Source: Gammaproteobacteria bacterium
GTDB lineage: Bacteria > Pseudomonadota > Gammaproteobacteria > UBA4575
DNA: 64,000 nt
Reading direction: 5' to 3'
Assembly (NCBI GenBank): GCA_965222615.1
Contig: CBDCUI010000009.1
Location: 192,001-256,000 of the forward strand
Both the position numbers and the translations under genes were made by a program. Below the pieces are notes generated by a model. It was not told the origin of the DNA. It searched no databases and worked only from the letters and a program-made list of their open reading frames with translations. Position 1 is the first letter of the stretch, and the number at the start of each line of letters is the position of its first letter. Shown piece by piece: positions 55,601 through 63,607 of the stretch.

Positions 55601-58600
55601 CGCATTGAGCTTTACCGCAGAAGTGCTCGCACCCACCGGTGTGGCCGATGAATACAAGAACACGGCCCAAGTTAGTGCTAGTGATCAAAGTGATCCGGAC
55701 AGTACACCGAACAATGATGATGGCGATCAAAGCGAAGATGATGAAGACAGTGCACTGGTGGTTCCACAAATCGATCCAACCGGTCGTTTTTATTGTGAAG
55801 ATACCGGAGAGATCTTAACCGGTGGTTCGGTTGCATTTAGCTCATCAAACGGTGGTTCTACAACTGATTTCTTAGATGGTACTACAGGTGAATATCGTTC
55901 TGACTTTATCGCGCCTGCGGCGGGTACGATGTTTACCATGGCGATTACACCGCCACCAGGAACCATTTTAAGTGTGACTAGACCTGTAAACCCAACTCCC
56001 ATTGCGCCCGCAGGAGCAGTTCCGGTAAATCTGGGTAGTACTGAACAGGGTAATACTGGATTCTTAGTTGATTTCAGTGCAGCTGCAAATACACCTTGGT
56101 ATGACACATTTACGATCGATCCGGGTGATCCCATTATTATCAATAACAATATACCCGTAACGAATTGTGCAACCTCATCTATTTTGTTACGCAAAACTGC
56201 AGCTGAGCAAAGTGTAACAATTGGAAGTCTTGTTCAATATGAGATTAATGCACGTGTGTTACTGCCATTACCGCTTACGGATATCGATATTGTCGATAAC
56301 ATTCCTGGCGGGTTCGTATATGTTGCAGACTCTGCAATTATTATTCGCGCCGGTGCGGATGGTGAGTTAAATACTATTGACGATGTAGTAACGAATGCCA
56401 TAGTTACTGGAACCGATCCAATTACCTTTGAAGACATTGATTTTGCAGCTGGTGAAGAGCTAATTATTCGTTATTTCTTGCAAGTTACTTCGGGTGTGGT
56501 TGAAGGGCAATATGAAAATACTGCTCAATGCTTTAATCAAGGTAACTTAGCGGTTTGTAACCAAGCGGTTGCTTCAGTAGAAGTATCACAAGACCCGATT
56601 CTGGAGAAAACGACCATTATCGGCAAAGTTTGGGATGACATCGATCAAGATGGTTGGCAAGACAATGCCAATGCAAGCAATATCGTTGTGAAACATTTAA
56701 ATGATGATAGTGAAGGAATAAATATTGAATCGATACCTGGACGTTCTGATCAGTTGGATCCTATTGAATTACACCAGGAAAATGTAACAGTCGCTATGTC
56801 AAATGATCATAACAATCCGGTTGTACTGACTTCGGCTGAAGGCACACGATTGGTTATCGATCAAACCGGTAAAGTCACTGCAGAACACACCGGCATGAAA
56901 GCCAAGGGCTTAACTGGGCAAGATTTGCAAGTGGCCAGCGTAATTGATAACGGCAAAATGCACCTTACTATTACAAACCATGGACTACATGAAGCCGGAA
57001 TACCTGGTGTTCGTATTGCCAGCGTTGAGGGTTTATTAGTTGAAACGGATGAATATGGTCGCTATCACTTAGCCGATATCGATGGTGGCCGTTGGGAACG
57101 CGGACGCAATTTTATACTTAAAGTAGATCCTCTAACTCTACCTGAAGGCGCTGAATTTACTACAGAAAATCCCCGTGTCTTACGTATAACACAAGGATTG
57201 ATGAGTAAAATCAACTTTGGCGTGAAATTACCCAAGCAGGATGCCGTATATAAACTGGAAATGCAGGAGCAACATAAGGCCTCTAGACACGAAATCGTCA
57301 AAACGCGTGAACTCGATGGAATTGTAGACCCAATTCATTTTGCGTCGGGTAAAGCCGATATCACGGATACATATATAGCTAAATTAGAGCGTGCCATTAG
57401 TAGTCTTTCCGACAAGGACAATGTGCGTATACACGTAGTTGGCCATACCGATACACAATTGTTAACCCCGGCAACTGCTGCGAAGTTTAAAGATAACTAC
57501 GGGCTCTCCATAGCAAGGGCAGAAGAAGTGGCCGCCAAATTGCGTTCTGAGCTGGGACTTAAAGTAACTTCGGTAGAAATTTCAGGCCGAGGCCCAGATG
57601 AACCTGTTGCCAGTAATGACAACCCAGAAGGCATGGCTAAAAACCGCAGAGTAGAGACGAGTTTACTTTTTGATGAAAGAATATCGAAAAAAATGGTGGC
57701 GACCAGCTATGAAAAAATCGCCGCGGGGCGTAGTGATGTATTACTACCTAAAGGTGGACGAGTTTGGGTGGTGGAAGATCCCACCAAGATTGATCTAAGA
57801 CTGGACGTTATTTTCCATAGTGCGGTTGCAGTTGATAAAGGTGGGAAAGTCTCTGCTGTAAGCTTTAATAACTACAGCAATTACTTGGCTTACATTGATC
57901 GCTGGGAAGTAACGATTTATAACGACTCCGATGTTGATTTAATTTATCCAATTGCAAAGGTCTCAGGTGAGCGCAGCAATTTCTTGGCAATTCATGAACT
58001 GCAACTAGATGCCAGCACAAAACTAGACGATTCACTGTGGTACGTTTTGCGCGTACACGATTCCAAAGGACGCATGGATGAAACCGTGCCCAAACATCTT
58101 GCAGTCGTAGATGCGGAGCTTGCAGGAATGGAGCCAATATCAGAAGAGCAGCAAAGAGAGTTAAGTAGAAGCATTGTTGGTAAAAACAGCCTGAGTAATC
58201 AAAGAATCCCCATACATGGGTCTCGTGTGCGCTTAAATGGCAGTGGTATTGATGCTGGTTATATATTGAGAATTAACGATCTCAGCATTCCAATTTCAGA
58301 AAAAGGCACATTTGCGACAGAACAACACTTACCAATCGGTACGCATAGCTTTGAGGTGAATGTAAGTGATGGCATTGACGATACAACCAGCAGAAATTTG
58401 AACGTAGATGTAAAAGGTAAGCATTTCTTCATGGTTGGTTTGGCTAATTTAACGGTTGGTGAAAATAGTTTATCGGGAAGTGTTGAACCTCTGGGCGAAG
58501 ACGATCACTTTGATGAAGATGTATGGATAGATGGCCGAGTTGCGTTCTATTTGAAAGGCAAAGTGAAAGGCAAGTATTTAATTACTGCACAACTGGATAC

Positions 58601-61142
58601 TACTGAAGATGAATTGCGTAATTTGGGGGATCGTTTAGATGATGAGGATCCACGTAGATTGTTCCGCAAGCTGGATCCTGATAAGTACTATGCCGTATAT
58701 GGTGACGACTCCACTACGATAGATGATACCGATAGCCAGGGAATGTTTTATCTGCGCGTCGATTGGGATAAAAGTATGGCATTGTGGGGCAATTACAATA
58801 CCGATATCACCGGTACCGAGTTTTCGCAATACAACCGCAGCTTATATGGTGCCAAGCTTGAACACCGAAATGTCGACACCACTGAATTTGGTGATCACAA
58901 ACATGAAGTGCATGCATTTGCATCTCAAGCACAAAACGTTGCCGCGCACAATGAATTTGTTGCCACAGGTGGCTCCCTTTATTACTTGCGCGATACCGAT
59001 ATTGTTCAGGGTTCTGAAAAAGTTTGGGTGGAAGTTCGTAATCGTGATACCGAACAAGTTACAGAAAACATCGCGTTAAAACACGGCCAAGATTACGACA
59101 TCGATTATTTGCAAGGACGTATTATTTTAACGCGACCGCTTTCCCAGGTAGATATCGGTAATGGTCCAAACATTATTAAAGACCAACCTTTAGAAGGTGA
59201 TGATGTATTCCTATTAGTGGATTACGAATACAACCCAGAATCATTTGATGCAGACGACGTAACTGCCGGACTACGTGGCAAAGCCTGGTTAAATCAATAC
59301 ATTGGTATTGGTGGTACCTATATCAATGAAGAACGCAATGGCGAAGACTATGAGTTAAAAGGTGCTGATGTAACTCTGAAGGCAGGCAAGGGCACTTACA
59401 TCAAACTTGAATATGCAGAAAGTGATGCCAACCAAACTAACCAAAACTTTATTTCAAATAATGGTGGAATTAACTTTAACAACAAGACCAATACACTAGA
59501 CGAAAACAGTGATGGTGAAGCCTTAGGGATAGAAGCACGAGTTAATTTTGCAGAGATGACAGGCAATAAGCAGCAAGGTTATCTCATGGCGTGGTGGAAA
59601 GATCGTGATGCAAACTTTTCATCTACCGCGCGTCTCGATGATGGTATTGAAACTACAGATACTGGTTTAGAAGGGGTGTGGCAGGCCACCGATAACTTGA
59701 AGTTAAGTACAAGAATTACCAATTTAGACAAACGCGGTGAAGGTGAGTTTACTGCTGCAAGCATACAAGGTGATTACAGCCTGACCGATCGTTTAACCCT
59801 GGGCGCAGAAATTCGTTACGAAGACGAAGAAGATGATACGGGTCTATTTGAAGATACCGAAGCAACATTGGGTGGCCTCGCGTTGCGCTATAAGTTAACA
59901 CCAGACACCGAAGTCTATGGCAGTGCACAAGCTGTGATTGCGGACGATAACGATTATGAAAATAATGCCGGTGTAACCATTGGTGCCAGTCGTCAACTTA
60001 ATACAAGATTGGCATTAAAAGGCGAAGTTACGACAGGTGATCGTGGTGAAGCGATTGTACTTGGCGGTGAATATGCAGTAACACCGAATACCAATATTAG
60101 TATTAATGCTGGGTTTGGTGAAGGTGCAGCAAGTCAGATCGGTACGAATTATGTCACTGCAAATGGAATGGAGCTTTATGGCAGTTATGCAGTGGATCCT
60201 GATCGCACCGATAGTGGTTCCAATATGTTCACGTTTGGTACCAAACGCAGATTCCAGAACGGTTTAACAATATTTACTGAGAGTCAATTTGGCGAAGGTG
60301 ACGAAGAACAAAGTATCGGCCGTACCTACGGCTTGGATTATGATCTGACTGAACAATGGCGACTTAGTGCATCAATACAAAGTAATGATTTAGATCGTGA
60401 TTTAGGTGATATTGATAGACGTGCAGCTACCGTAGGCGCTAAGTTTAGAAATAAAACGGTTCAGTTTGGTAGTGTGCTTGAATATCGTGAAGATGATGAT
60501 CGCTCAACCGACTTGGATAACACTCAATGGCTTACCAGTAACACCATTGAATGGCAGAAAAGTGAAAACTTGAGGTTGCTGGGTAAACTAGATTTGTCTA
60601 CGACTCATAGCGATAGCAATAAAGGCGATGAAGCAAAATATGCCGAGATCGATCTTGGTTTTGCTTATCGACCTGCAACATATGATCGCTGGAATATTTT
60701 AGGCAAATATACCTTCTTGTATGACTTAGGTAGCAGTGGCCAGGATGATGTGACACCAGAAGAGCGTGCGCACATCTTCTCGCTAGAAGGCATTTATGAC
60801 CTTAATCAAAAATGGGAGCTTGGCGCTAAGTATGCACATCGCGAAGGCGATCTGCGTTTAACACGTGGATCCGGCCCATGGTTTGAATCGGGCGCACATT
60901 TAGCTGTAATTCGATCTCGATACCACTTCATTAAGAAATGGGATGCCTTGTTTGAATACCGTTGGTTGGAAAGTGAAAGCGAAGATGATGAAAAACATGG
61001 CGCTTTAGTCGCGGCATACAGGCACCTAGGCAAACACTTTAAAGTCGGTGCTGGGTATAACTTTACTGACTTTAATGACGACCTTACGGACAACGATTAT
61101 GATAGCGATGGTTGGTTTATAGATATAGTAGGTAAGTACTAA
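52620..61142 (+). CDS. giant surface protein: signal peptide, 7-8 DUF11-type Ig-like repeats, OmpA-like peptidoglycan-binding domain, large C-terminal outer-membrane beta-barrel region
   Basis: DLSLxK...PNVG..VTF...N.GP...D..P.G...YKN.AQ repeats; OmpA motif GHTD...LSIARA...NRRVE; amphipathic strands ending GYNFTDF...VGKY. Confidence 0.85.
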   Translation: MRTKDFVSHLLLLISIYALAVSSANSSDSAEVANWQTTFNSVNSSTYVEDRLWTPEIYSRLATADTHSNNNSRSSQSKYHKKRKKRKQADLSLRKSVNNPRPDVGEFVTFTITVKNDGPAGTDYAVADVIPRGYTHITNISKGGHLEGNVITWKHNWIDAGVKQTFSFRALVKEKTGAKDEYKNVAQIIKSNRPDPDSKPNNDDGDQSEDDEDFAIVEPQSNVADFSLHKNVDNRTPNIGDVVTFTISVKNYGPAGGDYDVQDLLPPGFSKISYINRGGILKGNKITWKGQWIGKGETQVFKFRATVNSPKCVADEYKNIAQIIKSNRPDPDSTPNNDDGDQSEDDEDSVVVIPNTDICDTNNADLSLQKTVDNKTPNIGDVVTFKIKVKNDGPSGADYHLEDVVPSGFSNITGITRNGALAGNTITWKRQWIDKGEIQVFKFHTTVNSPKCVASEYKNVAQIIKSNRPDPDSTPNNDDGDQSEDDEDSAAVIPNTNICDIGTSDLSLNKTVNNATPNVGDTVTFSIVVSNAGPDAATNVGVSDIVPVGYSNISNVSNGGSVNGNNISWNVASIASGASVALSFSAEVLAPTGVADEYKNTAQVSASDQSDPDSTPNNDDGDQSEDDEDSASVIPGGSAGVADLMLTKSVDNATPNVGEVVTFSIVVSNAGPDAATNVGVSDIVPVGYSNISNVSNGGSVNGNNISWSVASIASGASVALSFTAEVLAPTGVADEYKNTAQASASDQSDPDSTPNNDDGDQSEDDEDSASVIPGGSAGVADLMLTKSVDNATPNVGEVVTFSIVVSNAGPDAATNVGVSDIVPVGYSNISNVSNGGSVNGNNISWSVASIASGASVALSFSAEVLAPTGVADEYKNTAQVSASDQSDPDSTPNNDDGDQSEDDEDSASVIPGGSAGVADLMLTKSVDNATPNVGEVVTFSIVVSNAGPDAATNVGVSDIVPVGYSNISNVSNGGSVNGNNISWNVASIASGASVALSFTAEVLAPTGVADEYKNTAQVSASDQSDPDSTPNNDDGDQSEDDEDSALVVPQIDPTGRFYCEDTGEILTGGSVAFSSSNGGSTTDFLDGTTGEYRSDFIAPAAGTMFTMAITPPPGTILSVTRPVNPTPIAPAGAVPVNLGSTEQGNTGFLVDFSAAANTPWYDTFTIDPGDPIIINNNIPVTNCATSSILLRKTAAEQSVTIGSLVQYEINARVLLPLPLTDIDIVDNIPGGFVYVADSAIIIRAGADGELNTIDDVVTNAIVTGTDPITFEDIDFAAGEELIIRYFLQVTSGVVEGQYENTAQCFNQGNLAVCNQAVASVEVSQDPILEKTTIIGKVWDDIDQDGWQDNANASNIVVKHLNDDSEGINIESIPGRSDQLDPIELHQENVTVAMSNDHNNPVVLTSAEGTRLVIDQTGKVTAEHTGMKAKGLTGQDLQVASVIDNGKMHLTITNHGLHEAGIPGVRIASVEGLLVETDEYGRYHLADIDGGRWERGRNFILKVDPLTLPEGAEFTTENPRVLRITQGLMSKINFGVKLPKQDAVYKLEMQEQHKASRHEIVKTRELDGIVDPIHFASGKADITDTYIAKLERAISSLSDKDNVRIHVVGHTDTQLLTPATAAKFKDNYGLSIARAEEVAAKLRSELGLKVTSVEISGRGPDEPVASNDNPEGMAKNRRVETSLLFDERISKKMVATSYEKIAAGRSDVLLPKGGRVWVVEDPTKIDLRLDVIFHSAVAVDKGGKVSAVSFNNYSNYLAYIDRWEVTIYNDSDVDLIYPIAKVSGERSNFLAIHELQLDASTKLDDSLWYVLRVHDSKGRMDETVPKHLAVVDAELAGMEPISEEQQRELSRSIVGKNSLSNQRIPIHGSRVRLNGSGIDAGYILRINDLSIPISEKGTFATEQHLPIGTHSFEVNVSDGIDDTTSRNLNVDVKGKHFFMVGLANLTVGENSLSGSVEPLGEDDHFDEDVWIDGRVAFYLKGKVKGKYLITAQLDTTEDELRNLGDRLDDEDPRRLFRKLDPDKYYAVYGDDSTTIDDTDSQGMFYLRVDWDKSMALWGNYNTDITGTEFSQYNRSLYGAKLEHRNVDTTEFGDHKHEVHAFASQAQNVAAHNEFVATGGSLYYLRDTDIVQGSEKVWVEVRNRDTEQVTENIALKHGQDYDIDYLQGRIILTRPLSQVDIGNGPNIIKDQPLEGDDVFLLVDYEYNPESFDADDVTAGLRGKAWLNQYIGIGGTYINEERNGEDYELKGADVTLKAGKGTYIKLEYAESDANQTNQNFISNNGGINFNNKTNTLDENSDGEALGIEARVNFAEMTGNKQQGYLMAWWKDRDANFSSTARLDDGIETTDTGLEGVWQATDNLKLSTRITNLDKRGEGEFTAASIQGDYSLTDRLTLGAEIRYEDEEDDTGLFEDTEATLGGLALRYKLTPDTEVYGSAQAVIADDNDYENNAGVTIGASRQLNTRLALKGEVTTGDRGEAIVLGGEYAVTPNTNISINAGFGEGAASQIGTNYVTANGMELYGSYAVDPDRTDSGSNMFTFGTKRRFQNGLTIFTESQFGEGDEEQSIGRTYGLDYDLTEQWRLSASIQSNDLDRDLGDIDRRAATVGAKFRNKTVQFGSVLEYREDDDRSTDLDNTQWLTSNTIEWQKSENLRLLGKLDLSTTHSDSNKGDEAKYAEIDLGFAYRPATYDRWNILGKYTFLYDLGSSGQDDVTPEERAHIFSLEGIYDLNQKWELGAKYAHREGDLRLTRGSGPWFESGAHLAVIRSRYHFIKKWDALFEYRWLESESEDDEKHGALVAAYRHLGKHFKVGAGYNFTDFNDDLTDNDYDSDGWFIDIVGKY
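52884..55765 (+). repeat. seven intragenic tandem domain repeats; the last four are near-identical 414-bp units
   Basis: Unit starts at 52884, 53289, 53709, 54129, 54543, 54957 and 55371. Confidence 0.92.
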
Positions 61143-61160
61143 AATTTAATTGTTATCAAA

Positions 61161-61589
61161 ATGGCTGAAAACAGAATTCTAAAGAGCCAAGAAGTCCTGT
61201 CACAGGCGGCAAACTATGCGCCAATTATTGAAACCTTTGGGATGAAGCTTTCATATAATGAGGATAATGAAGCAGTATGGACATTACCTTTTACTAAAAG
61301 CCTAACCAATGGCGTTACCATCCATGGAGGCGCTATCGCCACGCTTTTAGATTGTGCTGGTTGGTTTACGCTATCGCAGTATTACGAAAACTGGATAGCA
61401 ACCGTTGACTTCAATACCAATTTAATAACCTATGCCAAAGATGAGACCCTTGTTGCTACCGGGCATGTCGTCAAGATTGGAAAAAGAATATCCAACTCAA
61501 CAATGGAAGTTGTCTCAGAAAAAGACGGCAGAATCATTGCAACAGGTACCGGAACATACGCATTGACTTCAGTGCCATTTCCTATCTAG
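61161..61589 (+). CDS. PaaI family thioesterase
   Basis: N...IHGGAIATLLD hot-dog motif. Confidence 0.9.
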   Translation: MAENRILKSQEVLSQAANYAPIIETFGMKLSYNEDNEAVWTLPFTKSLTNGVTIHGGAIATLLDCAGWFTLSQYYENWIATVDFNTNLITYAKDETLVATGHVVKIGKRISNSTMEVVSEKDGRIIATGTGTYALTSVPFPI

Positions 61590-61787
61590 TGATACTTGGA
61601 ATATTTTGAGTAAATATACATTCGTTAAGCTGGTGTTTTAGTAGTTTTTTAATCCCAACTTCTGCCTAATTGTTGGGTAATGATCTTAATACCCATATAA
61701 TGTCCGCTAACGACCCAATGTATGGACACCTCCAAGCTAAGCAATTAGTTTGTGTGGTGTTAGAAACACAAAAGAAGGAGTCCATAC

Positions 61788-62831
61788 ATGAAACATCTAA
61801 ACATAGTTGGCGTTGATTTAGCAAAAAACGTAATCCAAGTTTGCGTGATGCGCGCGCAGCGACAAGAAGTAATCAATCGTTCCTATAGTCGTACTAAATT
61901 TGCAGTATTTCTCGTTAAACAACAGCGCAGTGTCATCGCCTTTGAAGCATGTGCCAGTAGTCATTATTGGGCACGAAAAGCCAAAGCATTGGGGCATACC
62001 ATCAAAATCATTCCGGCAAAAGCGATCACACCGTATCGTCAAGGCCATAAAACCGATATCAATGATGCCCGCGCGATCGCTGAAGCGGCGAGCCGTCCCC
62101 ACCTACTTGAAGCCCCATTAAAGAGTGTTGAACAACAAGGCTTGCAAGCCGTACAACGTTCAAGAGAGCTTTTGGTACAAGAGCGAACCGGTCTATCCAA
62201 CCACATCCGTGGCATATTGATGGAATTTGGCATCGTCATTCCTAAAGGCTTTGCCGCCTTGCATCAACAGATACCCGAGGTACTAGAAGATGGGGAGAAC
62301 GAGCTACCCGATCTATATCGCCCGACGTTACAGATATTGTACGAACGCTTAGTGCAACTCAAAACAACCATCACGATACTTGATCAACAAATTGCCGCCC
62401 TCATCAAACAACATCCAGGTTGCGAAACGCTCATGAAGATAGAAGGTGTGGGCCCAATCAGTGCGATATTACTGTATGCCAGCCTTGGTAGTGGCGATGC
62501 GTTTAGCCAAGGTAGACAATATGCGGCGTACTTAGGGTTAACGCCCAAGCAATACAGCAGTGGCGGGAAAACGAATCTTATTGGGATAAGTAAAAAGGTT
62601 GCGAATAAACGTTTGCGCTCCGTACTCATTCAAGGAGCACGTGCTTATGTGCACAAGCTCAAAGAACCGAAAAGCCAAAAAGATCGCTGGCTGCTGGCAC
62701 TGATTGAACGTGCCGGCTATGGCAAGGCGGCGGTAGCGTTAGCCAACAAAAATGTGCGCACCGCATGGGCCATGCTGACCCGGGGGACAACGTACAATAA
62801 ACAACATACAACCACGATGCACATTGCATAA
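61788..62831 (+). CDS. IS110 family transposase / bridge recombinase
   Basis: GVDLAKN, FEAC, KTDINDA (DEDD RuvC-like); LGLTPKQYSSGG, ALANK. Confidence 0.95.
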   Translation: MKHLNIVGVDLAKNVIQVCVMRAQRQEVINRSYSRTKFAVFLVKQQRSVIAFEACASSHYWARKAKALGHTIKIIPAKAITPYRQGHKTDINDARAIAEAASRPHLLEAPLKSVEQQGLQAVQRSRELLVQERTGLSNHIRGILMEFGIVIPKGFAALHQQIPEVLEDGENELPDLYRPTLQILYERLVQLKTTITILDQQIAALIKQHPGCETLMKIEGVGPISAILLYASLGSGDAFSQGRQYAAYLGLTPKQYSSGGKTNLIGISKKVANKRLRSVLIQGARAYVHKLKEPKSQKDRWLLALIERAGYGKAAVALANKNVRTAWAMLTRGTTYNKQHTTTMHIA

Positions 62832-62849
62832 AAACAAAACCAAGACACT

Positions 62850-63045
62850 ACGTTACATAAAAGTGTAGAAGAGGTTAGGCAAGTAGACCTAGGTAAAGAA
62901 TAAAGAGATTCGCTTCGATGAAACCTGCTCCGCTTTGAGGATAAATAGAATCCATCGACCCAATGAGGCATCGAAGTGCGCATACATACAGGGCTAGAAG
63001 ATCGCAACTTCACGAAAAAGCCGAATATACATCTGCGTCTTTTTC
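62850..63045 (+). ncRNA. bridge/seek RNA of the first IS1111 element (ends approximate)
   Basis: Stem CTTCGATG/CATCGAAG encloses TCCGCTTTG and CGACCCA, which match the two flanks. The second loop has CATACAT and ATATACA, which match the element ends. Confidence 0.8.
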
Positions 63046-63106
63046 TTTATCAATTTCTGTTTGCTAAACTGGCGGTGTCCATATACAAAGCGGACAAATA
63101 TAAATT

Positions 63107-63304
63107 ATGCTTTGTGATTATATACTTTGGTTTCTTATGGCCGCTTTTCTGATCGTGGTTTTAAAGCACAGTTATGTTTTATATATGTATTTAGTCAGAA
63201 AAGAAAGCATATCTATGACAGATAGTGCATCTAAGGTCTATTCGCTATTACTGTTATTAGCGGTTGCCCTGAGCTTGATTTGCCAATTAAACATTATTGA
63301 TTAA
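63107..63304 (+). CDS. small two-TM hypothetical protein, cassette-like
   Basis: 65 aa with two hydrophobic segments; starts 10 bp after one palindromic site and its stop codon abuts the next. Confidence 0.45.
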   Translation: MLCDYILWFLMAAFLIVVLKHSYVLYMYLVRKESISMTDSASKVYSLLLLLAVALSLICQLNIID

Positions 63305-63359
63305 ATGTCCGTATATGGCCTCCCTCCGTTTGCAAGCAAAATATTCAATGACAAAGTAG

Positions 63360-63535
63360 AGTCGACTGCACACGTATATTCGGCCTCTATTGATAGCAAG
63401 CGCTATTGATAGCAAGCGTTGATGCTGGGCCAGGATGGTGTATTCGCACCTAAGCACCCAATCGCTATTACGTACTCGAAGTACCTGGACATTCACGGGT
63501 TACGCTTAGGTCGGTTCGACCGGTTTGCCATCTAA
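63360..63535 (-). ncRNA. bridge/seek RNA of the second IS1111 element (ends approximate)
   Basis: Stem CCTAAGC/GCTTAGG encloses AATGTCC and AATAGCG; downstream loop contains ATATACG matching the element's right end plus core. Confidence 0.7.
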
Positions 63536-63607
63536 TAAATTACTTTGCAATCGTGGTAGATAATCCTCTTAAGTGTAAGTACATGTAATTTCGTTAATTG
63601 TTTTATT

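Larger units (their letters stand above)
61716..63087 (+). mobile_element. complete IS110-family (IS1111 group) insertion sequence
   Basis: Subterminal IRs ATGGACACCTCCA (61722-61734) and TGGCGGTGTCCAT (63070-63082); CA core at both ends; long non-coding right end. Confidence 0.92.

Noticed and set aside
52896-56437. Recurring minus-strand ORFs (MSLTPTLVAASG..., MIAIIIVR...)
   Set aside because: Antisense shadows of the repeated coding units in the large + strand gene
61698-63311. Classical integron attC sites
   Set aside because: The restored site is under 30 bp, lacks RYYYAAC/GTTRRRY boxes, and no intI is visible
62717-63496. Minus-strand ORFs 62717-63013 and 63287-63496
   Set aside because: Overlap IS non-coding ends whose sequence is explained by RNA structure and guides
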